Positions 22,869-33,184 of a DNA stretch of 64,000 nt are shown in pieces. The notes below the pieces were generated by a model. That model worked only from the letters and a program-made list of their open reading frames with translations. It was not told where the DNA came from and ran no database searches. The position numbers and the translations under genes are program-made. The stretch comes from a virus: IMG/VR virus record IMGVR_UViG_3300044712_000732, positions 61,776-125,775 of that record. One strand, given 5' to 3'. Each line of letters opens with the position of its first letter. Position 1 is the stretch's first letter.

Positions 22869-23902
22869 ATATTAAGTATAACTTCTTTAATAGTATTATT
22901 ATCAATATCATCAGGTAAATCTGTTTTTGTATAAACTTCAACTAATCTATCGGATTTTTCTTTTATTTTTTTCATAATTTCATCATATGAAATTAAACCT
23001 TTTTTAACAGATAATAACCAATCCCGATCAGGTCGAATCAAATTAACACCATCACCACACCCAATTTCAATAGCCATATCAAGCAATCTATTACAATGAA
23101 GCATATTTTTTCCATCATAATTTTGATTGTGTGATATATTATCATTGTATCTAACAGGATTTCTATGTTCTACCCATTCCCAATATTCTTTGTATTCTTT
23201 ACAATAACAAACATATCCATTCTTGTTATAAGTCAAAAATCCTTCTAATTGATAATTTTTTGGGATTTCACTATGCCTTATGGAATTTGAATTATCTTTA
23301 ATGATACCTTTGAAATTTTCACCATAATATATTTTATATAATTCGACACCATTTGGCATTTGTGCTAATCCAATATTTTTCTGATCATATCCCATTTTTC
23401 TTAACCATTGATTTGCTAACATCATATATCCAGTTTCTTTATCAAAAATATGACAAAAATCTAATGGTGTTTTTTTCTCTTTTTCAATTGGATTAACAAT
23501 TTTCTTATTTAACCCTCTTGCTTTTTTTATTTGTGATATAGCATACCCACCAAAAGTGTGTTGTAATTTTTTTGTTAAAAAACTTTCCTTGTTAACTAAA
23601 ACATTACTTTTAAATAATGGATGACAATATTGAATCATATTATCGTTTGAAAATAACAATTCAATAATATTTGGATTATTTTCTTTTATTAATTCCATAA
23701 ACCTATTCAATTCATAATATGTGATATTATTACTATCATCACTTATTTGTGGAATATATTCATTGGTTAATAAATAATCGTTAGGCAATAAAAACACACC
23801 TTTTATATCAATATCAGATTCAGGTGTATTTAATCCATATGCTTGACTACCAACAATCGCTTTGAAAAGCAAATATTTATCAATATTTTCTAAGGTTATC
23901 AT
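22850..23902 (-). CDS. Pol-beta-superfamily nucleotidyltransferase-like protein
   Basis: N-terminal GSQAYGLNTPESDIDIKGV fits the GS-x(9-13)-DxD nucleotidyltransferase motif. Confidence 0.45.
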   Translation of the reverse strand: MITLENIDKYLLFKAIVGSQAYGLNTPESDIDIKGVFLLPNDYLLTNEYIPQISDDSNNITYYELNRFMELIKENNPNIIELLFSNDNMIQYCHPLFKSNVLVNKESFLTKKLQHTFGGYAISQIKKARGLNKKIVNPIEKEKKTPLDFCHIFDKETGYMMLANQWLRKMGYDQKNIGLAQMPNGVELYKIYYGENFKGIIKDNSNSIRHSEIPKNYQLEGFLTYNKNGYVCYCKEYKEYWEWVEHRNPVRYNDNISHNQNYDGKNMLHCNRLLDMAIEIGCGDGVNLIRPDRDWLLSVKKGLISYDEIMKKIKEKSDRLVEVYTKTDLPDDIDNNTIKEVILNIRKKIG

Positions 23903-23908
23903 GTCATT

Positions 23909-24646
23909 TTACATTAAGTTAGTATAAAAATGTGGAATAAACATACCTTGATAACATCCGACAACAGGAATTAAATTATCACCCCTCACATCAACACCAT
24001 CAATAGTTGTTATATTTTTGTACCATGACTTTTCATATTCTTTTTTAATTTTATCAAGTTCAATTAATAAATGAAATCCACCATGTGTTTTTAAATATGT
24101 TAAAGAATCATAGTTTATTGATTCTTCAATTGTTGGTTTGATATCGTTTATTTCAACATTATCGAAATCTATATCAAAATATTTTTTTGTTCCACTTGCT
24201 TTTTGAATTTCAGTTAAAACAATTTGATGTGGATTGTATCCAGTATAACTATTTGTTACCAGTCTAACTAATTCAATAGCACTTTCCCTTGCAGCAACTT
24301 CGTAATTGCGAGGATTTAGTGATATATATAACGCCAATGCTTCTTGTGGGATGGATAAATGTTTTTGTTTATATGATCCAAATTCACATTCCAATTGTTT
24401 GATTTTATCAAATAAATATTCTTTAGTTGTTGTAAATCTGCGCAATTGTTGTTTATCTGATTTTAACATAGAATCTTTAGCATATTTGTTCCTTGCAAAT
24501 AAGCTAACATAATAACATTCATTGTTTTTTAATTCTGGAAGCCAATTGATAAATTCAATTAATTTGGCTTCATCAGCAATAATTTTATAATTCATCTTTA
24601 TATAATTTTGTTGTGCAAAGATATAATATTTTTTGACAAACACCAA
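23909..24646 (-). CDS. hypothetical protein
   Basis: 245-aa ORF. Confidence 0.45.
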   Translation of the reverse strand: MVFVKKYYIFAQQNYIKMNYKIIADEAKLIEFINWLPELKNNECYYVSLFARNKYAKDSMLKSDKQQLRRFTTTKEYLFDKIKQLECEFGSYKQKHLSIPQEALALYISLNPRNYEVAARESAIELVRLVTNSYTGYNPHQIVLTEIQKASGTKKYFDIDFDNVEINDIKPTIEESINYDSLTYLKTHGGFHLLIELDKIKKEYEKSWYKNITTIDGVDVRGDNLIPVVGCYQGMFIPHFYTNLM

Positions 24647-24692
24647 TTAAATATCGCATTTTTTATTTTATATATACAATAAAAACCAAAAT

Positions 24693-25444
24693 ATGAACAA
24701 TAAAAAATTATTTACAACAGAAGATGAAATTAATCTCATAAAAAAATATTATTATATTGATAATTTAAGTTCCATTGATATTTCAAAAATATTAAAATGT
24801 AGTCATAATACAATAGTTAGGGTATTAATTCGAAATGGATGTATATTAAGACCAAAATCTAAACACACAAATTTAAAATATTCTATAAATGAAAATTATT
24901 TTAAGATTATTGATACACAAAAAAAAGCATATTTTCTAGGCTTGTTATATTCTGATGGAACATTATGTTTAAAAGATAAATTGGTTGCCATATCATTATC
25001 AGAAAAAGATGGATATATAATAGATGAATTTATTAAAGATATTAAATTTACTGGTATTTTAAGAATAGTAAAATCGAAAAATATTAAACATTCAATAAAT
25101 CATTAATTTTAAAATTTCCAACGATGGATATTTTACCAAAGCATTTGATATCACATTTTATTAGGGGATATTTTGATGGTGATGGTTGTGCTTTTAATGA
25201 TTTAAAAAGAAATAAAAAAAGAATATGTTTTGTTGGTACATATGAATTTTTATCAATTGTTAAATATATTTTAATTGAAAATTTAAAAATTAATGATACT
25301 AAAATTTCACCAAAAAGTAAAAATAATACATTTGATTATCGTATAAATAAACAATCCGATGTTAAAAAAGTTACTGATTTTTTATATAATGAATCAATAA
25401 TTCATTTAAATCGAAAATATGATAAATTAAAAATAATTTTATAG
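24693..25444 (+). pseudogene. LAGLIDADG homing endonuclease interrupted by a frameshift (two ORFs, 24693..25106 and 25124..25444)
   Basis: First LAGLIDADG motif YFLGLLYSDG in ORF1 and second IRGYFDGDG in ORF2. The ORFs are in different frames with TAA stops between them. The second part ends in TAG with TAA three codons later. Confidence 0.6.
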
Positions 25445-25687
25445 TTTTGGTAAATTAAAAGCCCGATTTTGATTTAATTGTGTTTCAATATCCATTTCCA
25501 AGTCATATACTTCCATGACCCTTTGCATATCACCAGGATTGTTATATTTTTCTAAACATTCATCACTATCCATACAATAGACTGGATAATCATCATAGTC
25601 ATATGTATCACAAACCACAATAAGGTATTTTGCATCCTTATTCTTAGCTTCATTAAGCCACTGTCTAATGTCATTCTGTGTAGTCAT
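25439..25687 (-). CDS. hypothetical protein
   Basis: 82-aa ORF. Confidence 0.35.
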   Translation of the reverse strand: MTTQNDIRQWLNEAKNKDAKYLIVVCDTYDYDDYPVYCMDSDECLEKYNNPGDMQRVMEVYDLEMDIETQLNQNRAFNLPKL

Positions 25688-25748
25688 AATTTATTTAATT
25701 TTAATTGATACAAAGATAATAAAATATTTTTAATTACAAAAATTAAAT

Positions 25749-26177
25749 TCAAATAACATTATATTTTTTTGCAGCAAAATAGGTTTGAATATTTTCTAAT
25801 CCAACTTTTAAAAATTCTTTTGGTCTAATATCATATGGTCTATCATTATTTTTTACACTATCAAAAAATATAAAACTCACATCAATATATAAAAAATAAT
25901 AATAATGCATATCAATTTTCCAAGCATCACAAAAATTATATTTATTTCTTATAAAATAGTCATCATCATCACCAATAAAACTATATTTTTTTAATTCTGT
26001 AATAACATTATCTTTAATATCATTTGTTATTATTTCATTTCCTGTGTTATGCATACCAATAGTAAAGGTAAATGATGTTCCTTGTTTCAACACATTAGAT
26101 GAACGATATTCATTGTCTTCGTTAATAAATTGTTTATAGTTTTTCATAAGAATATATATAAATAATTTTATCAACAA
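25749..26177 (-). CDS. hypothetical protein
   Basis: 142-aa ORF. Confidence 0.4.
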   Translation of the reverse strand: MLIKLFIYILMKNYKQFINEDNEYRSSNVLKQGTSFTFTIGMHNTGNEIITNDIKDNVITELKKYSFIGDDDDYFIRNKYNFCDAWKIDMHYYYFLYIDVSFIFFDSVKNNDRPYDIRPKEFLKVGLENIQTYFAAKKYNVI

Positions 26178-26981
26178 TTGGGTTATTATTTAATATTTTT
26201 TTGTATATTTGCACTATCATTTAAAACAATAACAATGAACACGATAGGATTTGCTAATCAATTTTATACACTGTGGAATGTTGACACAGAACCAGTATAT
26301 ACTTGTGATTCATACGGAAAATATTGGTTAACTGGTTATAATACACAATATTTCTATATTAAAAACATTTCTACTGACATCGAAAAGGTAAAAATCTTAT
26401 ATCCAACACTAACAATTGATGAAGATTTAAGGGGATATACAAATTCTTGGGAAAGAAAAAATCAAGAAGATTTATGCCCACAAATTATGAAATTTGGTAA
26501 ATATCGTGGTGAAAATATTGATGAATTGATTGCGAACGATTTCGATTACATTTTGTGGTTAATAAACAATAATTGTAATTCTAATAGTAAATATGCAGAA
26601 TCATCTCCAATAGTAATTGATTATTTTAATCATATTGAATTAAAAAAAGCTGAAGAAAAAAAGAAAAAAGAAAAAAAATTCAATAAATTTTTAAATAAAG
26701 GTGAATACACATTTATTTCCGATAAAAATTTAAGACTGTATGATGATAAAGCATATTTGTCAACCGATTTGGATGAAGAAATATTTGTTTCATTTATATT
26801 TTCTGATTTTTCACCACAATCATATCACGGTTATGATTTTGCATATCCATTAGTTAATGGAAAAGCAAAAAGAATTAAAAATAAATATATTACAATAAAA
26901 TTTAAATTAAGTAACATTGATACTAATGATATTGATTGTGCTAGATTTCTTGATGTTACTGAAATAATAATCAATAAATAA
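26178..26981 (+). CDS. hypothetical protein
   Basis: 267-aa ORF; the true start may be the internal Met MNTIGFANQ. Confidence 0.4.
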   Translation: MGYYLIFFCIFALSFKTITMNTIGFANQFYTLWNVDTEPVYTCDSYGKYWLTGYNTQYFYIKNISTDIEKVKILYPTLTIDEDLRGYTNSWERKNQEDLCPQIMKFGKYRGENIDELIANDFDYILWLINNNCNSNSKYAESSPIVIDYFNHIELKKAEEKKKKEKKFNKFLNKGEYTFISDKNLRLYDDKAYLSTDLDEEIFVSFIFSDFSPQSYHGYDFAYPLVNGKAKRIKNKYITIKFKLSNIDTNDIDCARFLDVTEIIINK

Positions 26982-26990
26982 TCTGAACTA

Positions 26991-27287
26991 ATGGAAAGAA
27001 TCATCTATAAATATACACCTTACAACAACAGAACTCTTATTTATGAAGGAACTTTCATTGTAGGTGATGATGTTGAAATAAATGTTGGAGATGAAATATT
27101 GGTATTTCATAAGTGTAATACTTGTGGTATAAATATATTACAGGTTGTAGAAAAGAAAATAATAGCTTATTATTTTAATGATGTACCTGTATATGATTAC
27201 CATGTTATTAACGGAGGAAGTTATAAATGTAATATAAAACATATAAGTATTTATGATCAATTATTAGGAGAATGTTTAATGAAATAA
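26991..27287 (+). CDS. hypothetical protein
   Basis: 98-aa ORF. Confidence 0.35.
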   Translation: MERIIYKYTPYNNRTLIYEGTFIVGDDVEINVGDEILVFHKCNTCGINILQVVEKKIIAYYFNDVPVYDYHVINGGSYKCNIKHISIYDQLLGECLMK

Positions 27288-27294
27288 AATATCA

Positions 27295-27567
27295 TTAATC
27301 TTGTTTTTTTACCCATTTTAAAAAATTTCTAACTTTTTCACTTGAAAGTAACAATTCTTTAGTATAATAATATTTTCCCAATTCCTTTTCTGTATAAAAG
27401 ACATGGATATTTTTATGACAATCATGACATAAATCTAAACCGTGGGTTGCCATATATTTATGGTCATATAATTTTTTAAAAACCTTATTGTTATGTAATG
27501 TTTTCGGTATAAGGTGATGAAATGATAATATTTTCATTCTTCCACATAATTCGCATTTTTCTTCCAT
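27295..27567 (-). CDS. small HNH-like (His-Me finger) protein
   Basis: CELCGR...HHLIP...LCHDCH pattern. Confidence 0.45.
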   Translation of the reverse strand: MEEKCELCGRMKILSFHHLIPKTLHNNKVFKKLYDHKYMATHGLDLCHDCHKNIHVFYTEKELGKYYYTKELLLSSEKVRNFLKWVKKQD

Positions 27568-27592
27568 TCGTTTGAAATTTTATTTAACTTTT

Positions 27593-28237
27593 CTAATTTT
27601 CTTTTTCTTTCATACCGAATACTATCCGTATCCAACAATCCACTTGATTTATAAGAAAACAAATTAATATCCAAAGATACATTATATTCTGATATAAATT
27701 CTGGCCATTGTTTAGATAATTCATCATTTTTTTTTTTATATTTATATAATAATCATTTTTACAATCAATTTTTTTAATTATATCAAATTCCACTTTTGTT
27801 CCTGTAAATATACATTTACAATTATGATAATATATATAATTCATCAATATTTCAAACTTACTTGATATTTTTTCATAGAATAGTTCATCATATATAATTA
27901 ATTCGGGTTTTAAATACATTAAATCATTGCAATATGAATCACCAATTGAATGAAATTTCAATGCATTATTATTTATAAATTTTATCGTATTTTTTGTGAT
28001 ACCAATTATTATATTGGATTGCGAAAAAAATTTTAACATTTCTGTTTGATTATGTTCACAATTCTTTTGATAATTTCCGAAAAATATAATGTCATGGTCG
28101 TTATTATATTTTACGTAATTTTCTATGTAAGCATACAAAACACCACTTTTTCCTGTGTGTCTTGCCCATAATAAAAATGATTTATCGTGATAAATTAATT
28201 TTCTAAGTGTATCATTTTGATAATTTTTCAGTTTCAT
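27593..28237 (-). CDS. hypothetical protein (degenerate P-loop-like WARHTGKSG)
   Basis: 214-aa ORF. Ends in TAG with an in-frame TAA three codons downstream. Confidence 0.4.
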   Translation of the reverse strand: MKLKNYQNDTLRKLIYHDKSFLLWARHTGKSGVLYAYIENYVKYNNDHDIIFFGNYQKNCEHNQTEMLKFFSQSNIIIGITKNTIKFINNNALKFHSIGDSYCNDLMYLKPELIIYDELFYEKISSKFEILMNYIYYHNCKCIFTGTKVEFDIIKKIDCKNDYYINIKKKMMNYLNNGQNLYQNIMYLWILICFLINQVDCWIRIVFGMKEKEN

Positions 28238-28270
28238 TCTAATTTTAGAAATAAAACTGAAAAAGGTTTA

Positions 28271-28723
28271 TTAAAATTTTGTTATTTTAGCACATTCCGG
28301 ACCCAATCCCGTAATTAAACTTTCTGGCACTGTTATCGTCCGACCGCACCGACCGCAAATACCACGATGATAAACAGCTAAATCTGGATGTAATCTATTA
28401 TTCATTAAATTTGCGAAAAAATAATTAAATGCAATATATGATGGTGCTGTATCACCAATTTTTGAATTTTTTGTTAATTTAAAACTATTGTGATTAAATA
28501 TAGCACCAATGTATGTATAAGCTGATTCATTATCCATTCCTGTAAGAACTGAAACAAAATATGGGGAAAGTTCATCATCTTTATCTTTTGCTTTAATTCT
28601 ATATGTAAACCAACGACTTGTTTGTTTGCTTTCCAATGTAATGATTGCATTACCACCAATTAAAAATTTCTTAATATCTTCAATATTTGATAATCTATAA
28701 ATACTTTCTCTATTCAGTTCCAT
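28271..28723 (-). CDS. hypothetical protein with C-terminal zinc ribbon
   Basis: CGRCGRTITVPESLITGLGPEC. Confidence 0.4.
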   Translation of the reverse strand: MELNRESIYRLSNIEDIKKFLIGGNAIITLESKQTSRWFTYRIKAKDKDDELSPYFVSVLTGMDNESAYTYIGAIFNHNSFKLTKNSKIGDTAPSYIAFNYFFANLMNNRLHPDLAVYHRGICGRCGRTITVPESLITGLGPECAKITKF

Positions 28724-28804
28724 AAATAATAAATTATTGATTTACAGAACAAAGATACAAAAAAATATTAAATAAAAAAATATTCTTGAAGATATTTCAA
28801 GAAT

Positions 28805-29926
28805 TTATAAAAATTTTTTTAGATTTTCTATCATTCTGATAATTTCATTTTTATCACTTTCAGGTATAATATAATCATTATCTTTAAATGACATTGCAAT
28901 AAATCCGATTGGTGTATTTGAATTTTTATAAATATTTCGATAATAAAATTTGGATAATTCCCGTTGATTCATAACATAACTGACACTATTGTCTTTTACA
29001 TCAGCCAAATTTAAAAAATATAAGTCATTATCATTAAAATTTAAATAATTTACATTTAATATATTATTACCCATTTCATATAATAAACTATCATAAACCA
29101 TTGAACCATCATGATTAATTGATAATATAAAATTTAATGTGATATACCTATTCGAATAATCATATTTAAAAAAGCTAATATAATCACAATTAGCAACTTT
29201 TGATATAACTTGGCAACGAGAATATAATTGTATAATATTTTTAATTTCTGTTATTTCCTTTTGACGATTCACTTCATTTAAAAATTCTACATTTCTTGTT
29301 AAAAAATCTATTAACTGATTTGATATTTTTTCGTATTTTACTTGTCTTCGATAAACATAATAGATTAAACATAATATTATTATTAAAAAAAATAATGTTA
29401 TCATATTGTGATTTATTTTGAACGTAAATAATATTTCATTTGCCATAGATTGATAATATCCATTTGTTTCCGAAATATGCTTAAATCTATCTTGTGCTTT
29501 TTCTTTATCAAATTTAAGATAACATAAAGCTGTGTACCATTTAGCTTGTTCAACAAAAATATTATCATTATTATTACACACAATATCATATTCTTTAATA
29601 GCATTTTTATAATCTCCAATTTCTTGATATAATACACCCAAATAAAAATGTGCTAACATATTATTATCATTATCAGAAATTATTTTTTGTAAAACTATTA
29701 TAGCATTATCATATTTTTTATTATTCATATATTCAAATGCAATTTGTATTGAATCATTTTTTTTATTAGATGAACGTTGATCAACAGTTATACTATATGG
29801 TGAATAATATTTATCATATAATTTTTCAACAGGTTTAGTTATTAATAAAAAACCAACAATAAAAAATACTAATGTAATTGTTAACATTATATTATAAAAA
29901 TATTTATGTTTTTTTAATTTTATCAT
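28805..29926 (-). CDS. membrane protein with TPR repeats and a C-terminal GAF-like domain
   Basis: N-terminal TM, TPR-like YDNAIIVLQKI...AHFYLGVLYQEIGDYKNAIKEY, second TM, C-terminal TPIGFIAMSF region paralogous to the next gene. Confidence 0.45.
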   Translation of the reverse strand: MIKLKKHKYFYNIMLTITLVFFIVGFLLITKPVEKLYDKYYSPYSITVDQRSSNKKNDSIQIAFEYMNNKKYDNAIIVLQKIISDNDNNMLAHFYLGVLYQEIGDYKNAIKEYDIVCNNNDNIFVEQAKWYTALCYLKFDKEKAQDRFKHISETNGYYQSMANEILFTFKINHNMITLFFLIIILCLIYYVYRRQVKYEKISNQLIDFLTRNVEFLNEVNRQKEITEIKNIIQLYSRCQVISKVANCDYISFFKYDYSNRYITLNFILSINHDGSMVYDSLLYEMGNNILNVNYLNFNDNDLYFLNLADVKDNSVSYVMNQRELSKFYYRNIYKNSNTPIGFIAMSFKDNDYIIPESDKNEIIRMIENLKKFL

Positions 29927-30642
29927 TTCAAATTAATTAAAACTGATATTTTTATTGCTATTTCATAAAATTCATCCAATTGTTGTTGTGTTAATGGGTG
30001 TGTATGTTTATAATATTCTATTGTGATAAAACCAACTGGTGTATTATCATAATCTTGTAAAATAGTTGCATAATATGTATGTATTGATTGACTTTCTAAA
30101 TATCCTCTTAAAAAAGAATCTTCCAAATTTTCTGTTGATGGAATAATAATTTCTTCTCTAGTTGCTAATATCTTATTCCACAATGGGTTTATACTAAGCG
30201 GAAGATTTTGCATTTCTTTAATATTTGGTTTAATTTCTAATGATACAGCTTCATAAGAATTACTACATTTTTTAAATTCTACACCAGCCAAATTTTTACC
30301 ACCATTATGAAATTCATATATTGAAATTCGATCTGCACCAAAATTTTGTAATAAATGGTAAAGTTGTATTTGAATTTTGTTTGAATTTTCAGCATAATTT
30401 ATAAATTTCCCAGTTAATTCAGTTTTTGCATTATCGGGTGTCGAAAATTTGTTCATCAAATTGTCGATTCTTCCATACAATTTATCAATTTTTTCTTCTT
30501 GTTCACGAATTCTTTTAGTTGAATTTTTGATTATCAAATAGGCTACAGATATCGCCAATAATAATATTGTAAATATTACACCATAATTTTGTAATGCCCC
30601 CAAAACATCAAATCCTAAAATATAATTTATCATTAGTATCAT
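29923..30642 (-). CDS. membrane-anchored coiled-coil protein with a GAF-like C-terminal domain (paralog of 28805..29926 C-terminus)
   Basis: N-terminal TM, coiled coil, and a TPVGFITIEYY segment. Confidence 0.4.
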   Translation of the reverse strand: MILMINYILGFDVLGALQNYGVIFTILLLAISVAYLIIKNSTKRIREQEEKIDKLYGRIDNLMNKFSTPDNAKTELTGKFINYAENSNKIQIQLYHLLQNFGADRISIYEFHNGGKNLAGVEFKKCSNSYEAVSLEIKPNIKEMQNLPLSINPLWNKILATREEIIIPSTENLEDSFLRGYLESQSIHTYYATILQDYDNTPVGFITIEYYKHTHPLTQQQLDEFYEIAIKISVLINLK

Positions 30643-30675
30643 AATTTTTTTTCTTGTTTTATATATAAATTTTTT

Positions 30676-31677
30676 TTAAAATTTTTTAATAATATATTTT
30701 TCATTATATCCTTCGTAATCTTCACCTAACGTATTGTAGATTATTTCACCTTTTTTATTAACACCAGAATAAAAATATTCCCCAGGATTATACGCATTAT
30801 ATAAATTTTCACTCCACACCACTGCCGATATAACTTGTTGTTGTTCATCATTATATATGTGATTATTTTCAGCGTGTTCAATTGCAAATTTTTTACTTAA
30901 CGTTACATAATCTTTATCTACAAAATATTCTTGATTATTAGATACTGCCCGATACATTGTCAAATATTTTTTACCAATTTCATCTGATAATTTAGTTCCT
31001 AGTGTTCGTTCTTCGTTTTCGTTAACTTTAGGCACTTTTTTTAAGTAGTTTCCTGTTTTTGCACTATAAATATATTGATGATTATACACCGGAATAACAT
31101 TAAATGATTTTAATGCAATATAAACATCTTCTAAACATTCATTATCAGCACCACCAACAACTATAACTTTCTTATTTCTCAGTTTTTTAAATAATTCAAC
31201 CAATTCACCATTAACCAAAAACCATTTATGGTTATTTCCAATATAAATTAAAAATTCTGTACCATTTTTTAACTTAAATGCATCACCTTCTTTAAATTTA
31301 TTTTTTTTGGCATTAAATTGGTTGATAGTTTTTTCATCAAAAATTTGATATATCCATTCGTTGAAACCACCTTTAAGTTTCGAATAAAACTTTTTTATAC
31401 CATATTTTTTTTCAATAAAATCTTTTTGGTTTTTAAAAATATATGTGGGTTTAGAACCCGAATTTGAATCCCAAATTTGATACACACCTTCTAATCCAGT
31501 TGTTCCCGAAGGAAATTCTAAACAATAATTGTCTAATTTTTTTAAATAACCATTTGGATCAGTTGGAAAATATTTTTTAAAATTAGATTGAACATCTACG
31601 ATTAACAATATTCCATCATGATCAATAAGTGATATATTCTCATTCATCGAGAATTCCTGATAATTCAATACTTTCAT
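30676..31677 (-). CDS. isochorismatase-family N-terminal domain protein
   Basis: N-terminal DGILLIVDVQSNF resembles the isochorismatase/nicotinamidase ALLVIDMQNDF motif. Confidence 0.45.
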   Translation of the reverse strand: MKVLNYQEFSMNENISLIDHDGILLIVDVQSNFKKYFPTDPNGYLKKLDNYCLEFPSGTTGLEGVYQIWDSNSGSKPTYIFKNQKDFIEKKYGIKKFYSKLKGGFNEWIYQIFDEKTINQFNAKKNKFKEGDAFKLKNGTEFLIYIGNNHKWFLVNGELVELFKKLRNKKVIVVGGADNECLEDVYIALKSFNVIPVYNHQYIYSAKTGNYLKKVPKVNENEERTLGTKLSDEIGKKYLTMYRAVSNNQEYFVDKDYVTLSKKFAIEHAENNHIYNDEQQQVISAVVWSENLYNAYNPGEYFYSGVNKKGEIIYNTLGEDYEGYNEKYIIKKF

Positions 31678-31776
31678 ATATTTATATATTAATTTTAAAA
31701 ACTATTTTTTTAATATATAAAAATAAAAAATGATAAAAAGACATCATTTTAATATATAAAAATAAAAAATGATAAA

Positions 31777-32028
31777 ATGATAAAAAGACATTATTTTTTA
31801 GATAAAAAAATTATATCAACAGAAGAATTTAATAAAAATAAATACATTATATTACCATCTAATGTTTTAAATGTGGCAAGAATATTGAAAATCCAATCTA
31901 CATCTTTTCCTTTTTTATCAGAAGAAACTAAATCAATTAAATTTAATTTTATTGTTAAATCAAAAAAATTATATTTATTAGAATCAATAGATACTGATAT
32001 GATACTAGAAATCTATATTAATATTTAA
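31777..32028 (+). CDS. hypothetical protein (paralogous to N-terminal region of 32056..32808)
   Basis: NKNKYIILPSNVLNVARILKI...LLESIDTDMILEIY versus HRNQYLILPPEVEDIVRIVKI...LLTSIDTDLMLEVY. Confidence 0.4.
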   Translation: MIKRHYFLDKKIISTEEFNKNKYIILPSNVLNVARILKIQSTSFPFLSEETKSIKFNFIVKSKKLYLLESIDTDMILEIYINI

Positions 32029-32055
32029 TATATACATAAAAATAATAATTATGTT

Positions 32056-32808
32056 ATGTCAATGACAATTGATCAATTAGTGGATATAGTACAAGGTGAT
32101 TTAACAATTTCTGGGTTGTTTGATAAAATTTTACCCGATATTGAAATTATTCGTTTAGTTAGAGAAGAAGCATTAGAATGGTTCTACAAAAATTATCAAT
32201 TTTCTAAAATTAAAATATTTTATTTTTTAGAAAAAAATTTTATGACAACAGAACAATATCATAGGAACCAATATTTAATACTTCCCCCAGAAGTTGAAGA
32301 CATTGTAAGAATCGTAAAAATTGATAACCCCACACTCTTTCGTCTTGGTATACAAGCCCCCCATTTATCCATAAATCTAGGTGTTACAAATCAACCATTT
32401 TTGACATCATTTGTTACAACTGCTGGTGAACTTGGTGTTTATCGTTCGGTTATTAGTAATTTTGCAGATCAAATAAATAAAATGACCCATAATACAATAC
32501 GATTTAATTATAATCATATTAGTAAAAGATTACAATTATTGACATCAATTGATACGGATTTGATGTTAGAAGTTTATAGTAGAATTGAAGAAGAAGAAAT
32601 GTTCGATAATGTCTATTTTAAACAATATGTTATTGGAATGTGTCAAATGAGAATGGGTCAGGCTGTTGGTAGATTCAATTTTAATATGCCAGGAAATTTT
32701 CAATATAATGCTGCTGATATGATTACCCAAGGTGAAAAAAAGATGACTGATGTTATCGAAAAAATTAAAGCTGAAACTAACGTGTGTTGGTTTATTATGG
32801 ATAGATAG
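32056..32808 (+). CDS. hypothetical protein; TAG stop in frame with the next gene
   Basis: 250-aa ORF. TAG at 32806-32808, one codon (ATA), then the ATG of the next ORF in the same frame. Confidence 0.5.
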   Translation: MSMTIDQLVDIVQGDLTISGLFDKILPDIEIIRLVREEALEWFYKNYQFSKIKIFYFLEKNFMTTEQYHRNQYLILPPEVEDIVRIVKIDNPTLFRLGIQAPHLSINLGVTNQPFLTSFVTTAGELGVYRSVISNFADQINKMTHNTIRFNYNHISKRLQLLTSIDTDLMLEVYSRIEEEEMFDNVYFKQYVIGMCQMRMGQAVGRFNFNMPGNFQYNAADMITQGEKKMTDVIEKIKAETNVCWFIMDR

Positions 32809-32811
32809 ATA

Positions 32812-33147
32812 ATGAAGTATTTGAAAACATTTGAAGAAACTATAATATGTGGTATCACATACAAATATGATGTGGGTGATTATGTATTGCTCAATAAAGA
32901 AGAAATGGATAAAAATACAATAGAAGATCATGTGTCACCACACGATTTAGTTGAATTTAAAGTAAAAATAATAGAAATAAGAACTAAAGATGAATATGGA
33001 AAACAATATCCATACCCATACATAATTGAAACTTTTGATAATAAAAAATGTGCAATTAAAGATACAGAAATACTTCGAAAATTAACAGTCAATGAAATTG
33101 AAGAATATAAAATCAAAAAATTATCAAAAAAATATAATATTTTATAA
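32812..33147 (+). CDS. hypothetical protein (begins MKYLKTFEE)
   Basis: 111-aa ORF in the same frame as the upstream gene. Confidence 0.5.
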   Translation: MKYLKTFEETIICGITYKYDVGDYVLLNKEEMDKNTIEDHVSPHDLVEFKVKIIEIRTKDEYGKQYPYPYIIETFDNKKCAIKDTEILRKLTVNEIEEYKIKKLSKKYNIL

Positions 33148-33149
33148 AT

Positions 33150-33182
33150 AAAAAAATCCCGATATATCGGGATTTTTTATTT
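33150..33182. terminator. bidirectional terminator hairpin (AATCCCGATATATCGGGATT flanked by A/T runs)
   Basis: Perfect palindrome between convergent genes. Confidence 0.6.
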
Positions 33183-33184
33183 AT

